Shown: positions 25,201 through 37,560 of the stretch, one piece after another | Position numbering within the stretch: position 1 is the stretch's first letter | Layout of the letters: every line of letters starts with the position of its first letter | DNA from: Lama guanicoe | Taxonomy: Eukaryota | Length of the DNA: 64,000 nucleotides | Direction of reading: 5' to 3' | NCBI GenBank assembly: GCA_013239625.1 | Contig: MU053629.1 | Coordinates: forward strand, 2,259,567-2,323,566 | Notes under the pieces: model-generated | Told to the model about the DNA's origin: nothing | What the model saw: the letters and a program-made list of their open reading frames with translations, nothing else | The model's database searches: none | Program-made: the position numbers and the translations under genes

Positions 25201-25975
25201 TACGTGTGTTGGTCCCAAGTGCTCCACTCTCAGGGCTCGGCCTGCAAAGGACTTGGCACCCAGACCAGTTCAGTCCAGAGGACTCCAGAGAAGGCCGCCT
25301 GAGACCATACCACTTTCCAAACCCCAGTGCAAAGACAAAACCGTAAGACTAGGTAAGAAAAACCCATCTCACATACCCCTGGGTTCTCCTGGAGGTTCCT
25401 CTGCTTCCCTCCGCCCCCGCACTTCATCCTACCCTCTCATATCTGCGATCTACCCTGGGCACACAGAGCCTCCTGTACCACAAGTAACACCTCTTGCATC
25501 CAGCACCATCCAAGTATATATCCATCTCCACCTCCTCAGCTCCAGAGGGGCTGGTTTAGAGAAGATGAAATAAGAGGGGACTGCAAAGGGCGATGGACAT
25601 GGAGGGTCTCGGGAAAGGAAAATAGAGCAGAGAATGGGACTCTACTAAGAGGGCTTGGGAGGTGGGTGTAATGGGGTCACAAGAAACCAGAAACGAGGAG
25701 GGAATTTTCCTTCTGCATGGAGGGAAGACACGAGTGTGTGGGAGCCAGGTGAGAGTCTTAAGAATTTAGGGAAGAAAATGGGTAATGGCTGAGAACTGAG
25801 TGACTGGAGGCAGGTGAATTTAAGAGGCTGTTACCTCTTAAATCTTGGGTATTTCTGGATAGTACCTGGGAGAGAAATACCGAGAAATCCGAAGACCCTT
25901 TTCAGCAGAGAAAGGGCTGACACCCACTAAAGGAATATGACGGGAAGGGTCTTCTGGGGTGAAGGGAGGGGAAGC

Positions 25976-26132
25976 AGTGTTTCTCAACTCCGATTGCCCA
26001 TTAGAATTACCCAGAGAGCTTCAAAAATACACACTAATAACCAGGCCCCACCCTAGGCTAATTACACCAGATCTTTGAAGGTGGGGCCCAGGTGACTGAT
26101 TTTTCACATGTGCAGCCAGGGTTGAGGCACTG
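25976..26132. mobile_element. MER5-like DNA transposon remnant in OAZ2 intron 1
   Basis: Ends CAGTGTTTCTCAAC...GTTGAGGCACTG form imperfect terminal inverted repeats; internal ccaggccccaccc and gtggggcccagg are typical of MER5. Confidence 0.6.
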
Positions 26133-27732
26133 AGACATAAGAAAAGCGGAAAACCCAGCTGGAACATTTAAGGATAGTGCTGCTAAAGGAGTGGGAAATG
26201 GCAACTTAGAGATCATTTCTGTGAGAAGGGAGCCCGAGTTTGAGAGGAACCTTGAGTGATAGAGCCGTATGTGAAGAAAAGCAATTAAGGAAGGCTCTGT
26301 TTACAAGAAGAACTAAAGTCCAGTTTTGGATAGACCAGGGCACAGTTTAAGGAGGATCTGCAGGGAAGGGATCTGCTTGCAAAACAATGAGGCCCAATTG
26401 AGGGGCAGAGGCCATAAGGCCAAATCTGGAGACAAAGGGTCTGGTGTGGGGAACTAATGAGCTTCGGACTCATTTTGGAGGGGACAGCAACAAGTCTTGG
26501 GAAAAAATGAGTAAGAGAATTAGAATCCAAACTCTAAATGAAAGCCATTCTGATGTGTAAGCAGCAGCTGGGGTTAAAAATTGTGGGGAATCAAGAAATT
26601 AAGGGAACAGATTCACAGAAGAGTTTAGGGCAGAAAAATGGGTTATGTTTGAGGGAGAGCTGCATGACGAGGGCTGCCTTGGACAAAAAGAGGAGCGGGA
26701 GAGAGAAGAAAACTGAATAATGAATTTTGCCTACTTTGGGCAGGGAGGAAGCAAATATGAAGCAAGTTTAGAAAACTACCGTTGCTCATTTTCAGAAAGA
26801 TGCCCAGCCTTTCTCTCCAGTTAATGGGGGGAGGCTGGGGTCAGGTTTTGAGGGAGGAAACTTGCAAAGGCCCCGTGTCCTGAGTATGGGGACTGATTTG
26901 AAAGCACTGGAGGTACATACAGGTAAGAGGGTAGGCCTTCAACAGAAGTAGGATGGGCTGAGTTCTGTGATCTAATGATCTAGAGATGTGGTTCAGGTAA
27001 GATGGGAGGAGTAAGAGTGGAGATGACAGAAAGTGTTTAAAGGGTAGGAATGTTTAGAAGCGTGTTGGGGGGAACATCATTAGCAGAACAGGATGGAGGA
27101 CAGGCGTCCAAAGGGTTTGAAAAATTAAAGGAATGAGGTTGGGAGACAGGGAAAATGGGGCCTAATTGGGAAAGGGGTACCGAGGGAGGAAGGGAAGGAA
27201 AAGATGAAGCTGGACTTAGGGACCAAGGGGAGGAGTGGGCATCACTGTAAAGACTATTAGGCCTGGGGGTTGGGGGAGAGGATGACAGGTGGGGGTAATG
27301 GGTCCAGTTGAGAACTGAAGGACGGAGTCTCACCTGGGGAGAGGGGTAGTGATAACAGAGATATCTGGTTGGAGAAGGCAGTTTGAATTAGGGAAGGGAT
27401 TCAAAGGGAAGGGCTAAGTGACTTACAAGGGGGAAGAAGAAAGATTTGGGGAAGATGGGAAACAATTCAGGGCGGGATGAGAGAGAAAGCACAATTTCGG
27501 GAACGGGGCGCCGTTTGGCGGGGCCCGAAGGGAAATGGGAACTGGGTTAGAAGGCTGGGTCCAGGTTTGTGGGGGCTTTACGAGAGGAGGAAGCCCGGAT
27601 GAGGGGGATGGGCCGGGCTAGGGGGAGGGGGTGGCTAAAGGACGGAAGGAGGCCCACTTGCGGGGCTGGGGCTCAGACTAGGGTGGCTGAAGTAGGGAAG
27701 GGACCCAGTGGGGGGCGGATGGGGCCCTGTAG

Positions 27733-28314
27733 NNNNNNNNNNNNNNNNNNNNNNNNNNNNNNNNNNNNNNNNNNNNNNNNNNNNNNNNNNNNNNNNNNNN
27801 NNNNNNNNNNNNNNNNNNNNNNNNNNNNNNNNNNNNNNNNNNNNNNNNNNNNNNNNNNNNNNNNNNNNNNNNNNNNNNNNNNNNNNNNNNNNNNNNNNNN
27901 NNNNNNNNNNNNNNNNNNNNNNNNNNNNNNNNNNNNNNNNNNNNNNNNNNNNNNNNNNNNNNNNNNNNNNNNNNNNNNNNNNNNNNNNNNNNNNNNNNNN
28001 NNNNNNNNNNNNNNNNNNNNNNNNNNNNNNNNNNNNNNNNNNNNNNNNNNNNNNNNNNNNNNNNNNNNNNNNNNNNNNNNNNNNNNNNNNNNNNNNNNNN
28101 NNNNNNNNNNNNNNNNNNNNNNNNNNNNNNNNNNNNNNNNNNNNNNNNNNNNNNNNNNNNNNNNNNNNNNNNNNNNNNNNNNNNNNNNNNNNNNNNNNNN
28201 NNNNNNNNNNNNNNNNNNNNNNNNNNNNNNNNNNNNNNNNNNNNNNNNNNNNNNNNNNNNNNNNNNNNNNNNNNNNNNNNNNNNNNNNNNNNNNNNNNNN
28301 NNNNNNNNNNNNNN
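27733..28314. other. Assembly gap (582 N) at the GC-rich start of OAZ2 intron 1
   Basis: Run of N; flanks are very G/C-rich. Confidence 1.
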
Positions 28315-28680
28315 GGGGAGCCTGGGCCGGGCCGTTACCTGTCCTGGGTGTTTATCATCCTCGGCGGCTCTGCTCAGGGTGGGAGGAGGCGGCGCAGGGA
28401 GTGGGTAGGTAGATGAGTGGGTGGGTGTGGGGTCGCGCGCGCGCGGGGCCGATCTCTGCGGGCTAAGTCCCTGTCAGGCCGCGGGCCCAGAGCCCTCCTC
28501 CTGCCTCAGCGAGCGCCTGCCTCATGGGGGTGGGGGCGGGGGGGAGGGGTGGTGGCGGTGGCGGTGGAGCAGCCCGAATGATGCGTTGTATTTAAAGTAA
28601 AGTTTACTGAGCGTTGACCTGACAGTCGTCGTCCCCAGCCCTTGTTTGCCTGATTGGGCTGAGTAGGGCTGTGTCATTTG
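28315..28680 (-). promoter_or_regulatory. OAZ2 CpG island and promoter
   Basis: CpG-dense (cgcgcgcgcg); GC boxes ~28530-28550; TATA-like TTTAAATA on - at 28596-28589; CCAAT on - at 28657-28653. Confidence 0.7.
28339..28358 (-). CDS. OAZ2: OAZ2 exon 1 coding part, MINTQD(S)
   Basis: On -: GCCGAGG-ATG ATA AAC ACC CAG GAC AG|gtaacg; matches the antizyme 2 N-terminus and splices in phase to exon 2. Confidence 0.93.
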
Positions 28681-30344
28681 TAGGCCTGGTAGGATATTTT
28701 ATTAAACAAACACAATCGGTACTACACACATTCTAGACTAAACCAGACCCACAGATCCCAGTTACCGCAGCTCATAGTGCAGATCAATAACCTCAGCTGT
28801 CAGCTGAGCTCAACAGTCTCTGCTGGGGGTCATCTGAAGCCAAACCTCCGTGGGTCAAGATCCCAGTTACCAGACAGCGGTGGTGGAAGGCCCAGATGCT
28901 GACCTGCTTACAGTCACTTCAGATCACAATCATGCAAGGTTACTAGTTAACAGTCACCATCCCTGTTGGTCCTGAGCACACATCAGTGCCAAGAGGTCAC
29001 AATCACTGGTGCACAGACCCCTCAGGTCAGTCATTCCAGGCCACAATCACAGGCACTACAACACCATCATCAGAGCTTCTGACTCTGTTCATAATCAACC
29101 CAGACTACAAACAAGAGAGGTCACATGATCTCAGGTCACAATGGGTTGCTGTCACCTCAAATCCCATTCATTGATTTATTCAACCAGTAATTATTGAGCA
29201 GACACTTACTATGTGCTTCTGGAGTCCAGGAATACTCAGTGATCAACTAGGCAAAGTTCCTGCCTTGGATGTCACAATCTGATCAGAGGGAGGGACACAG
29301 AAAGTCCATCATAATGAGGTAGGTGCTCAACCTGAGGGAGGCCACAGAAAAAGTAACTAGGGAATTAGAGAAGGCTTCAAAGGAAAGGTAATCACAATCA
29401 CTCCAGATCAAAGGTCACTATGACTCCCAATTGATAACAGCCCCAAGTCACAGATATCCCACATTAGAGCCATCTCTGGTCACTGTAACTACTTCACAAA
29501 CAACATGCTTTTGGCTTTTAGATGAGGGGAATTTGGGGATGGAACAAAAATTGGAACTGCCAAACTAAGGCTTTTTCAGCAAAAACTGAAGTGGTAAATA
29601 ATACCAGAACTGCCAGGTCATCACTGATATTAAGCAAGACTGGTCCCATACTCTGCCTCACTGCTTCTACCCTGTCCCCTTGACTATCCCTACCTGCTTT
29701 CCCAAGTTCAAGCCAGCGATGTTCTTACAGTAGTACACAGCAGACTGAACAATTAAATCCAGCCCTGATCCACCCCATCTCATAGTCCCAGAGACCTGGG
29801 CAATCCTCCTGGTCCCAAAAGGGAGCTGGGGTGGCTCCTTTCTGCCAGCCCATCCCTGGATAAGTAACCCTGTGGTCCAAAGGACAGTTTCTGACCAACC
29901 AGCAGATACAAACTCACTATGTCAGTAATAGCCACCCTTTATTGAGCATCACGCTGAAGCAGTCATTTTTACAACCGCTCCCCCATCCTGCTTCATGGAT
30001 AAAAAGAATTAAAACCTCAGTGAGATCTTGGCCAGCTAATATTTTTGTGGGCCTATATATACACCAGCAAGTTAATTTTATTTGCTCTAATGCAAAGCTA
30101 GTAAGTGGTAGAGTTAGAATTTGGGCCTAGAGTTGCCTGCTCGGCTTTGTCTGGATTCATGCAGGAGATGAGTGAGAAGGTCTCTGCCACAATTTGCTAC
30201 TTGAAGGAGTGACCATCCTGACGGCTGCCTGGGCAGCAAGTGAAAAATTCACAAAAATGGGAGCCATATTCCTGTAGTCTGTACCGTCCAATGCGATAGC
30301 CACTAACCACATGTAGCTATTTAAATGTATTATTTTTATATTAT

Positions 30345-30481
30345 TTATTATTGTATCATTTATTTTATTTTGGGGGGAGGTAATTAGGTTTATCTATTTT
30401 TAGAGGAGGTACTGGGGATTGAACCCAGGACCTCATGTATGCTAAGCATGCGCTCTACCACCTTAAGCTCTATCTACACCC
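30345..30481 (-). mobile_element. tRNA-Ala-derived SINE (camelid vic-1-like)
   Basis: On -: ...GGTAGAGCGCATGCTTAGCATACATGAGGTCCTGGGTTCAATCCCCAGTACCTCC, then AAACCTAATTACCTCCCCCC and an A-rich tail, shared with the other copies. Confidence 0.8.
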
Positions 30482-30699
30482 TTCTCTCTCATTTCTAATA
30501 CAACCTGCAAATCTATCTGCCTCGCCACCCATCTGTATCCTTACCCCGAGAAGTGCTCCCCTCCCTTACCAAAGACCAGCCAATCCCTTTCCCAGAGCTA
30601 TGGGGCCCATCGTTTCTCCCCTTTTCAAGGACCTGGCTTCTACAATCTAATTTTACCCGTTAGCACACAAACGTGCTCTCCAATCCTTAAAAAACAGTA

Positions 30700-31330
30700 A
30701 CACAGCCATTCTGGAAAACAGTTTTGTCAGTTTCTTAGAAAACTGGCCATGCAACTATCAGATGACCCAAGAATTGAACTCCTGAGCATTTACCCCAGAA
30801 AAATGAAAACTCATGTTCCCATAAAAACTTGTACTTCTATGTTCCTAGCAGCTTTATTCGTAATAGCCAAAAACTAGAATCAGCCCAGATGTCCCTCAGC
30901 AGGTGAATGGTTAAATCGCTTGGTACATCCAAACTGTGGAATATAAGTTAACAATAAAAAGGACAACTATTGACTGATACACACAACAACCTGGATGAAT
31001 CTCCTAGGAATTAGGCTGATTTTTAAAATGTTACATACCGTATTATTCCATTTATATAACATTTTTGAAATGACAAAAATTTTAGCAATAGAGGACAGAT
31101 TAGTGGTTGCCAAGGGTTTGAGATGGGGGGTGGAAGAAGGCAGGCAGGGAGGGAGCATGTGTGATTATGAAAGGGCAGCACGGGGGAGCTGGTGGGGGCA
31201 GAACTGTTCAGCGTCTGACGTCTGACAGTGGTGGTGGAAACATGGACCTACAGAGGTGCTACATTGTACAGAACTAAACACATATAGGCACATGCTAATG
31301 GGCACAAGGAAAACCGGTATAGCCTGGATT
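30700..31330 (+). mobile_element. Old L1M 3' fragment
   Basis: gcagctttattcgtaatagccaaaaactagaa, gacagattagtggttgccaaggg and other L1M 3'-end phrases. Confidence 0.65.
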
Positions 31331-31356
31331 AAGATAGATGTCTTACATGAATGTCG

Positions 31357-31795
31357 ACAGAAAACAAACTTCTGGTTACCAGTGGGGAAAGTGGATGAGG
31401 AAGGATAAATTGGGAGTTCAAAATTTGTAGGTACTAACTACTCTATATAAAATAAATAACAAGGTCCTACTGTACAGCACAGGGAACTCTATTTAATACT
31501 TTGTAATGGCCTATAATGAAAAAGAATACGAAAAGGAATATATATGGGGGGGGAGGGTGTAGCTCAAGCGGTAGAGCGTATGCTTAGGTCCTGGATTCAA
31601 TCCCTGGCACCTCCTCTAAAAATAAATAAGTAAACCAAATTACCTCCCCCTGCCAAAAAAAAGAAAAGGAATACACACACACACATACACACACATTTTA
31701 TATATATATATATGTAAATGAATCACTATTCTGTACACCAGAAATTAATATAACATTGTAAAAGGACTATGCTTCAATAAAAATAAATGAATAAA
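31357..31795 (+). mobile_element. Younger L1 3'UTR fragment (artiodactyl-type), interrupted by a SINE
   Basis: aacaaggtcctactgtacagcacagggaact...aatcactattctgtacaccagaaattaa...aataaa tail. Confidence 0.7.
31546..31662 (+). mobile_element. tRNA-Ala-derived SINE (vic-1-like) with an internal deletion
   Basis: GGGGAGGGTGTAGCTCAAGCGGTAGAGCGTATGCTTAGGTCCTGGATTCAATCCC...; flanked by duplicated GAAAAGGAATA. Confidence 0.8.
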
Positions 31796-32786
31796 GGCTA
31801 TATGCTGCCATGTGGCTCAGACAAATCTGCGTTGGCTATTTCCTGGCTGTATGACTTTGGACTAGTCACATGGCTACTGAGGGCCCGTCTCCTCCCCAGT
31901 GAAAAATGAGCCATGGCACTTGCCCTCCAAGACCGTGGTCGGATTAAATAAAATCGTGTATGTGAAAGCACCCAGCCCACTGTCTAGAAGATGTTCCGTA
32001 AATGTAAATTCTGTGTGAAAATCTCTCCAGAAAAGATTTGATAAAAGCTAACTTATAATGATGAAATTCATGAGTGCTCATTAATGCTCAGAAAGAAAAA
32101 GCAACAGAAAGGATTAAAAAAAAAAAGAAATCATTGACTACCTTTAGAGAATTCAGAGGAACCAACTCCTTTTCTGAAAACTGGTAAATAAAAGGAGAGA
32201 ATCAAATCAAGCATCTAACTTGCCTTTCTTACATGAACTGTACTTCTGGTTAACAAAATGGTTGATGAGAGATAAAGATTTGGAAAACTGGTAAGTGTAG
32301 GACACAAGAATTCAACCTGATTTTCTTCACGAAGATGCCTCAAGACAGCCAGTTAGGTAATAAATGAAGAAGGAACAATAGAACACCACCATTTTGTAAA
32401 CCCTTAACGAGATCGTGATTACCAATAGCTGTTAATATTGCAAAAGAGAGACACATGAAGCTTATGTACCTCCCGAGGACAGGAGACATCACCACCTATG
32501 AAATATTCTTGAAAAAACCTTGAACCTGAATCAGAGCAAGCCTAACAACAGTTTACAGAACATAAAAGGAGACAAGGAACTTGTTGGAAGGCATCACAGG
32601 AATGCAAAATACAATCACCAAAATCCCAAGTGTTGGAAACTTTTACAGGACAAAAATTTCTATTTCTTCAAAAGAAAAAAAATAAAGGGAGGAGAAACCT
32701 AGATTAAAACAGACTTAAGAGACTTACCCACCAAATGTACCAGTGGACCTTTTTAGATGATGACTCAAAGAAACCAACTGTTTAAA

Positions 32787-32788
<2 letters not shown>

Positions 32789-32817
<29 letters not shown>
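32789..32817. repeat. (CA)n microsatellite
   Basis: About 14 AC units read directly. Confidence 0.95.
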
Positions 32818-32824
<7 letters not shown>

Positions 32825-35800
32825 CTGATGGTGCGCCCCGAGGCACTCAATGAAATTTTTTTTAATCGTGGTAGAATTCAATCAACCTTTTGTGAAGCAC
32901 TAAGGCTTACAGTGTAATTGGAGAGCATGATTTCCATGTATGAAGCAACTAGGAAGAAATGCGGGCGGCATGGTTTGTGCAGAGGTGTGTTGCTCAGCGG
33001 AGTGTAGAATCAGCCATAGGTTCTTTGCTAAAAACACAGTTCAAATACCACCTTTTCAAGGTGGAAACAGAGCCTGAGGCAATGAAAAAGGAGATAAAAA
33101 GAAAGGTCCTGAAAGGTCCAAGTGAGAAGATCAATATACCGAGAGACTGACACTTCTTTTCTGTTGCCTCCCAGAGTTATGCCAAAGCTGCCTTTGAAAG
33201 TCATAGAAGGTTACAGAGAGACATTGCCTAAGAGGTGGAAAACTGAGCGAGCCACCCCCCCTCCTTTACTGGCTGTTGATCTCCGGCAAGACGCCGGAGG
33301 TCTCTGTGCCTCGGCGTCTCACCCAGAAGCCAAGGCTGGGAGCGGGCTCTTGTGGGCTCCTTCCCACTCTCAAGAGCTTTTAGGTTTCCGAGTGACAGCT
33401 TGTCTACTGTTGAGCGACACAGGGAGGGGCAGAAATCACTCACAGGGTCACGGGAAAACCACTGGGATTCAGGACTCATGTCACCACGTGGTGGAATCAC
33501 ACTGGGTGTGGCAGGAGATGGGCCTATTGTCACCCAGCCAGTGAGCTGCGTCCATCCCACTCCCGGAGTCAGGACCCAGGGGAGAGAGCGGACACTGGCT
33601 TTTGGATGCGGCAAAAGATTTGTGAGGAACCCCGCCCCCGGGCTGCCAGGGCAGGAAGTGGTTGAAAGCACCAGAAATGAGAGAGCCAGTAAGGGGCAGG
33701 CCGGCCTGGGGCGTGGGGTTCCGGCTCAGGCAAAACATTATTTTAGGCCAACAGGAAAAACAAAAGCCGTGGTTCCCACCGGCTTCCCAGCCCCTGGGAA
33801 CTGGGCATCGCTAGTGAGGCACGGGCCTGCGGACACTTCCACCCGCTCCCGCCCAGGCCTCCGTCCTGGGGGGAGAATGAGTCCCCGGGCGCACTGTTCC
33901 AGCTCCATTCTCCGGGTTTGCTTTCACCTCTGGAGAAAAACTTTAGGGAAAAAATGACCCTTTCTTCCTACCCACCCCCACTGGCCGAAGTTTCTGCTTG
34001 GCCTCAGTCCCTCATATTAGGAAGCGCACCCAAGTGGGAGTGTGGACACCGGGGGCTACCACACAGTGGGGGCGGGGAAAGAGAGGTGTCAGCCCCCTGG
34101 AGTTCCACGGGGATGGAGACGAGATAGGGAGAAAGGTCGGAGAAAGGTCTCAGGAAGACCGACCTGCGGGGAACCCGACGGAGGGGCGGGCTGTGCAGTG
34201 CGAGGAGGGCGGCCGGGCGGCCAGGCGAGGGGGCCAAGGACCGGCCTGGGCCTGGGCTGGAGCCCGCTCTCTGATCTGCCACATTGTTCAGCTATTTCCT
34301 TCCCTGGACATAGTAAGCGGGTGGAGGGGGCCGGGGATCGCAAGGCCGGGAGTGAATGGAGCAGGATGGAGCTTCCACTGGGGGAGGGGACCGCGGGTCC
34401 ATTCCCATGACCAGCTGCCCTTCCGGCGGCCCCGGGACTGCGTGGGAAAAGGTCTTGGAAGTGCTGGGGACATTGTGTGTGTGTGTGTATGTGTGTATGT
34501 TTTCATTTTTGTCTGACTGCCTTGCTTGGCTTTAGTCACAGGACAAAGTCCTTTGAGAAATAGCTACCAGTCTATGTTCCCACTGGGCTGTGTCCTGGGA
34601 GAGGCGTAAGGACCCGCCCCAACGCCTGAGAGGAGGACACGGAGGCCTGAGGTCCACCTCCCTGGAGGAATCTTGGCTTCTAGTGAGTCTAGATTGGCTG
34701 ACTTCCTGGATTTATGAAGATGCTTCTGGAACCTTCTGCTAAGCTCCCAGCTTATGGACAGAGCTCTGTTACTAGCTGGATATTGGAAAGCAGGTAGGAA
34801 TTGGACATGGACAGTGAAGTCAACCATTCCCAAAGCAGCTCCCTAAGAAGCCCAGACTCCTTCACGACCACTTAGACCTCAGCGCCAAGCGGCCTGCCAG
34901 GAGATGATATGGCAGGCCAGCGCTCTGCCTTCAGGCAGGACGCCTTAAAGCAGAGATCACACAGGAGCAACGCACAGGCCAAATGCATCCTGCAGACACA
35001 TGCCTTGTTTGGCAAGCACGGCGCGTAAGAAAGTTTTGAGCCAATATTGAGAGATTTCACACAGAAACCCCAATTTCTAGTCTTTTGAAAAACCAGGCAA
35101 TATGACTAACACTGATGCCACATTCTCCCAAGACAGCAATAGCCACTGACCCCCTGATAAAGCCGAAACTCCTCAGCCTAGGGGTGTCTCTGGAAGAGAG
35201 CTGCAGCATGTGCACGTGAATCCATGGAAACACATCTGAGGGAGTCAACACCAAACTGGAAACCAGGGTCACCTCTGGGGAGGTGGGGAGGGGACCAGAA
35301 ATGGAGGAAATGGTCCCAAGCACATCCATAAAGTTTTACTTTTGTACAAGGAGATTATAATCATATGTAACTTGCATCATTAAAATTAACAAGAAGCAGA
35401 AATGCCTTAGCCTCATAACTGTTAGTTTGACCTCAACTTACCTTTCCAGTTTGTCTCCGATGACTCTCCTCCATGAACTGGTCCCTCCCAGTTCCCTGTA
35501 CACGCCCTCTTTCTGCTTATCTTTTCTCTCTTCTCCCCACCCACAGTGCCTCTCTCCTCCTCCTCCTCTGCCAAGCCAAATCCAGCCCATCCCCAAGGAA
35601 GTAAGTCTCTCAATAATCTAGCTCACGCACACTCTAAACAAAATTTTAAATTATGTACCCCTCAATAAAGATGGTTTTTTTAAACTATGTGTTCTCTTGA
35701 AATTTTTAAATTAAAAAAAATTTTTTTTCTCGAACCAGGTTTAAATAGTCGCAAAGAATGTGATTTGCAGTATCCTGGAAATACTGACATTTTAAAATAC

Positions 35801-36069
35801 AACTGACGTGAAATGTATCCAGTGATTTGATTCCCATCATCAACCATTCGCAAAATACATAAACAAGCTCCCCTTTAACAGAGGAAAATTGACATCATCT
35901 GCTTTTCCCCCTTGAACTCCTATTTTTCTCCACTTCCCCCACATAACGCTATCCTATTGTCATGTGTAGTTTATGCTTGAAAATCTCTTACTGGTCATCA
36001 AACCATAGTTTTCTGCCATAAAATATATATAAAGTATATATATATATATAAATTAAAACTGTAATAAAT

Positions 36070-36530
36070 GAATAAACTGTGGTGTGTGTATATTTATATA
36101 TATACATACATACACACATACAATGCCATATTTTTCAGCCATAAAAAAGAGTGAAGTTCTGATACATGTTACAGACTTTATTATAACTAGATGAATCTTG
36201 AAAACATTACGTTAAGTGTAAGGAGTCAGGCACTGAAGGTCACATTATCGAATGAGTCCATCTATAGGAAATGTCCAGAATAGAGAAATCCACAGAGACG
36301 GAGCACAGATTGTTGGTTGCGAGGAGCTGAGCAGAAGAAGGAATGGGGGTGACTGCTTAGTGGATATAAGGTTCTGTTTTGGACGGAAAGGCTTTGAACA
36401 AACAGAGGTGATGCTGTGAATATACTAAACTGTGAATATACTAAATGCCACTGAATTGTTTACTTTAAAATGGTTGATTTTAGTTTATGTGACTTTTACC
36501 TCAACAAATTATTTTTTAAAGCTTAAAAAA
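36070..36530 (+). mobile_element. Old L1M 3' fragment
   Basis: ttcagccataaaaaagagtgaagttctgatacatg; atgaatcttgaaaacattacgttaagtg; actaaatgccactgaattgtttactttaaaatgg. Confidence 0.65.
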
Positions 36531-36978
36531 ATTAAATGCATATTCTTTTCTTTCTTTCTTTTTGTGACCATAGGCTCTAGAGTTTAACATTTCCTTCCGG
36601 ATCGACTTACCATTACAACAACACATACTGCAAATATTGATAGGGAATTGTTAAACATTGAAGTAAAATTGTATAGGAAATGCAACTTGTATTGAGATAG
36701 ATGCTGGACTGAGATAATGACCAGCATCGATTTTATCTTCACATTTCATTTTTATAGATGCTAATGCTGAAATCTTGTTCACACAAGAAAGTACATGGGA
36801 ATGGGAGAAATGCTGGCAGAGCTGCGCAATGCCACCCAATCTTTCAGCAGGTGACAACTGAATTTGTTTTACCTCCTTCAACTGTTGAAAGCAAAATACT
36901 GGGAAATCTTTGATTTGCAGGATTCATTACCCAGTCATTTTGAGTATTCATTTTCTCAATATTGAAATCACCATTTTA

Positions 36979-37063
36979 TTTTATTATGGAGGTACTGGGG
37001 ATTGAACCTAGGACCTCATGCATGCTAAGCACGTGCTCTACCACTGAGCTATATCCCACCCCC
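36979..37063 (-). mobile_element. tRNA-Ala-derived SINE (short form) with target-site duplication
   Basis: On -: GGGATATAGCTCAGTGGTAGAGCACGTGCTTAGCATGCATGAGGTCCTAGGTTCAATCCCCAGTACCTCCA; 16-bp TSD tgaaatcac(c/t)atttta at 36963-36978 and 37064-37079. Confidence 0.88.
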
Positions 37064-37169
37064 TGAAATCACTATTTTAAATCGTTTCTTGTTTTGGAGG
37101 CTCAGAGATGTTTACACACTGAGGCAACGTACCAAAGTAAGATTTAGGATGAGTGAGAGATAAGCCCGT

Positions 37170-37560
37170 TAGATAGTGTAGGCTAAATTATGCTGTAGTA
37201 ACAAGCAATCTCCAGATCTGGGTCCCTTAAACCCACACAAGTTCTTTTCTCCTCCACCCCATCCCCCAACTCACGATACACGTCCATCACAGGTTGGTTG
37301 GAGGTTCTGATCCGCACCATCCTCACTCAGGGATCCAGACTCCACCATCTGAAATGCCATCCATTGGTCAGCACAGCAGAGGGAAGGTAAGAAAGCGAGT
37401 CACGCACTGGCTCTTAAATGCTTCCACCCAGAAGAGACACACTTTGCTCCTATTTCATTGGCCGAAGCAAGTCACACGGCCACACCTAACATCTAGAAGT
37501 TGGGAAAGGACTGAAGGAGGAGAATGGGGAAAATGGGTGAACAGCACCCATGATCACCAC
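37170..37560. mobile_element. Possible MLT1 (MaLR) solo LTR
   Basis: ggctaaattatgctgtagtaacaa and tttcattggccgaagcaagtcacacggccacacctaac resemble MLT1-family LTR sequence. Confidence 0.5.

Noticed and set aside
27569..28412. 279-aa and 234-aa ORFs
   Set aside because: Artefacts of translating through the N gap.
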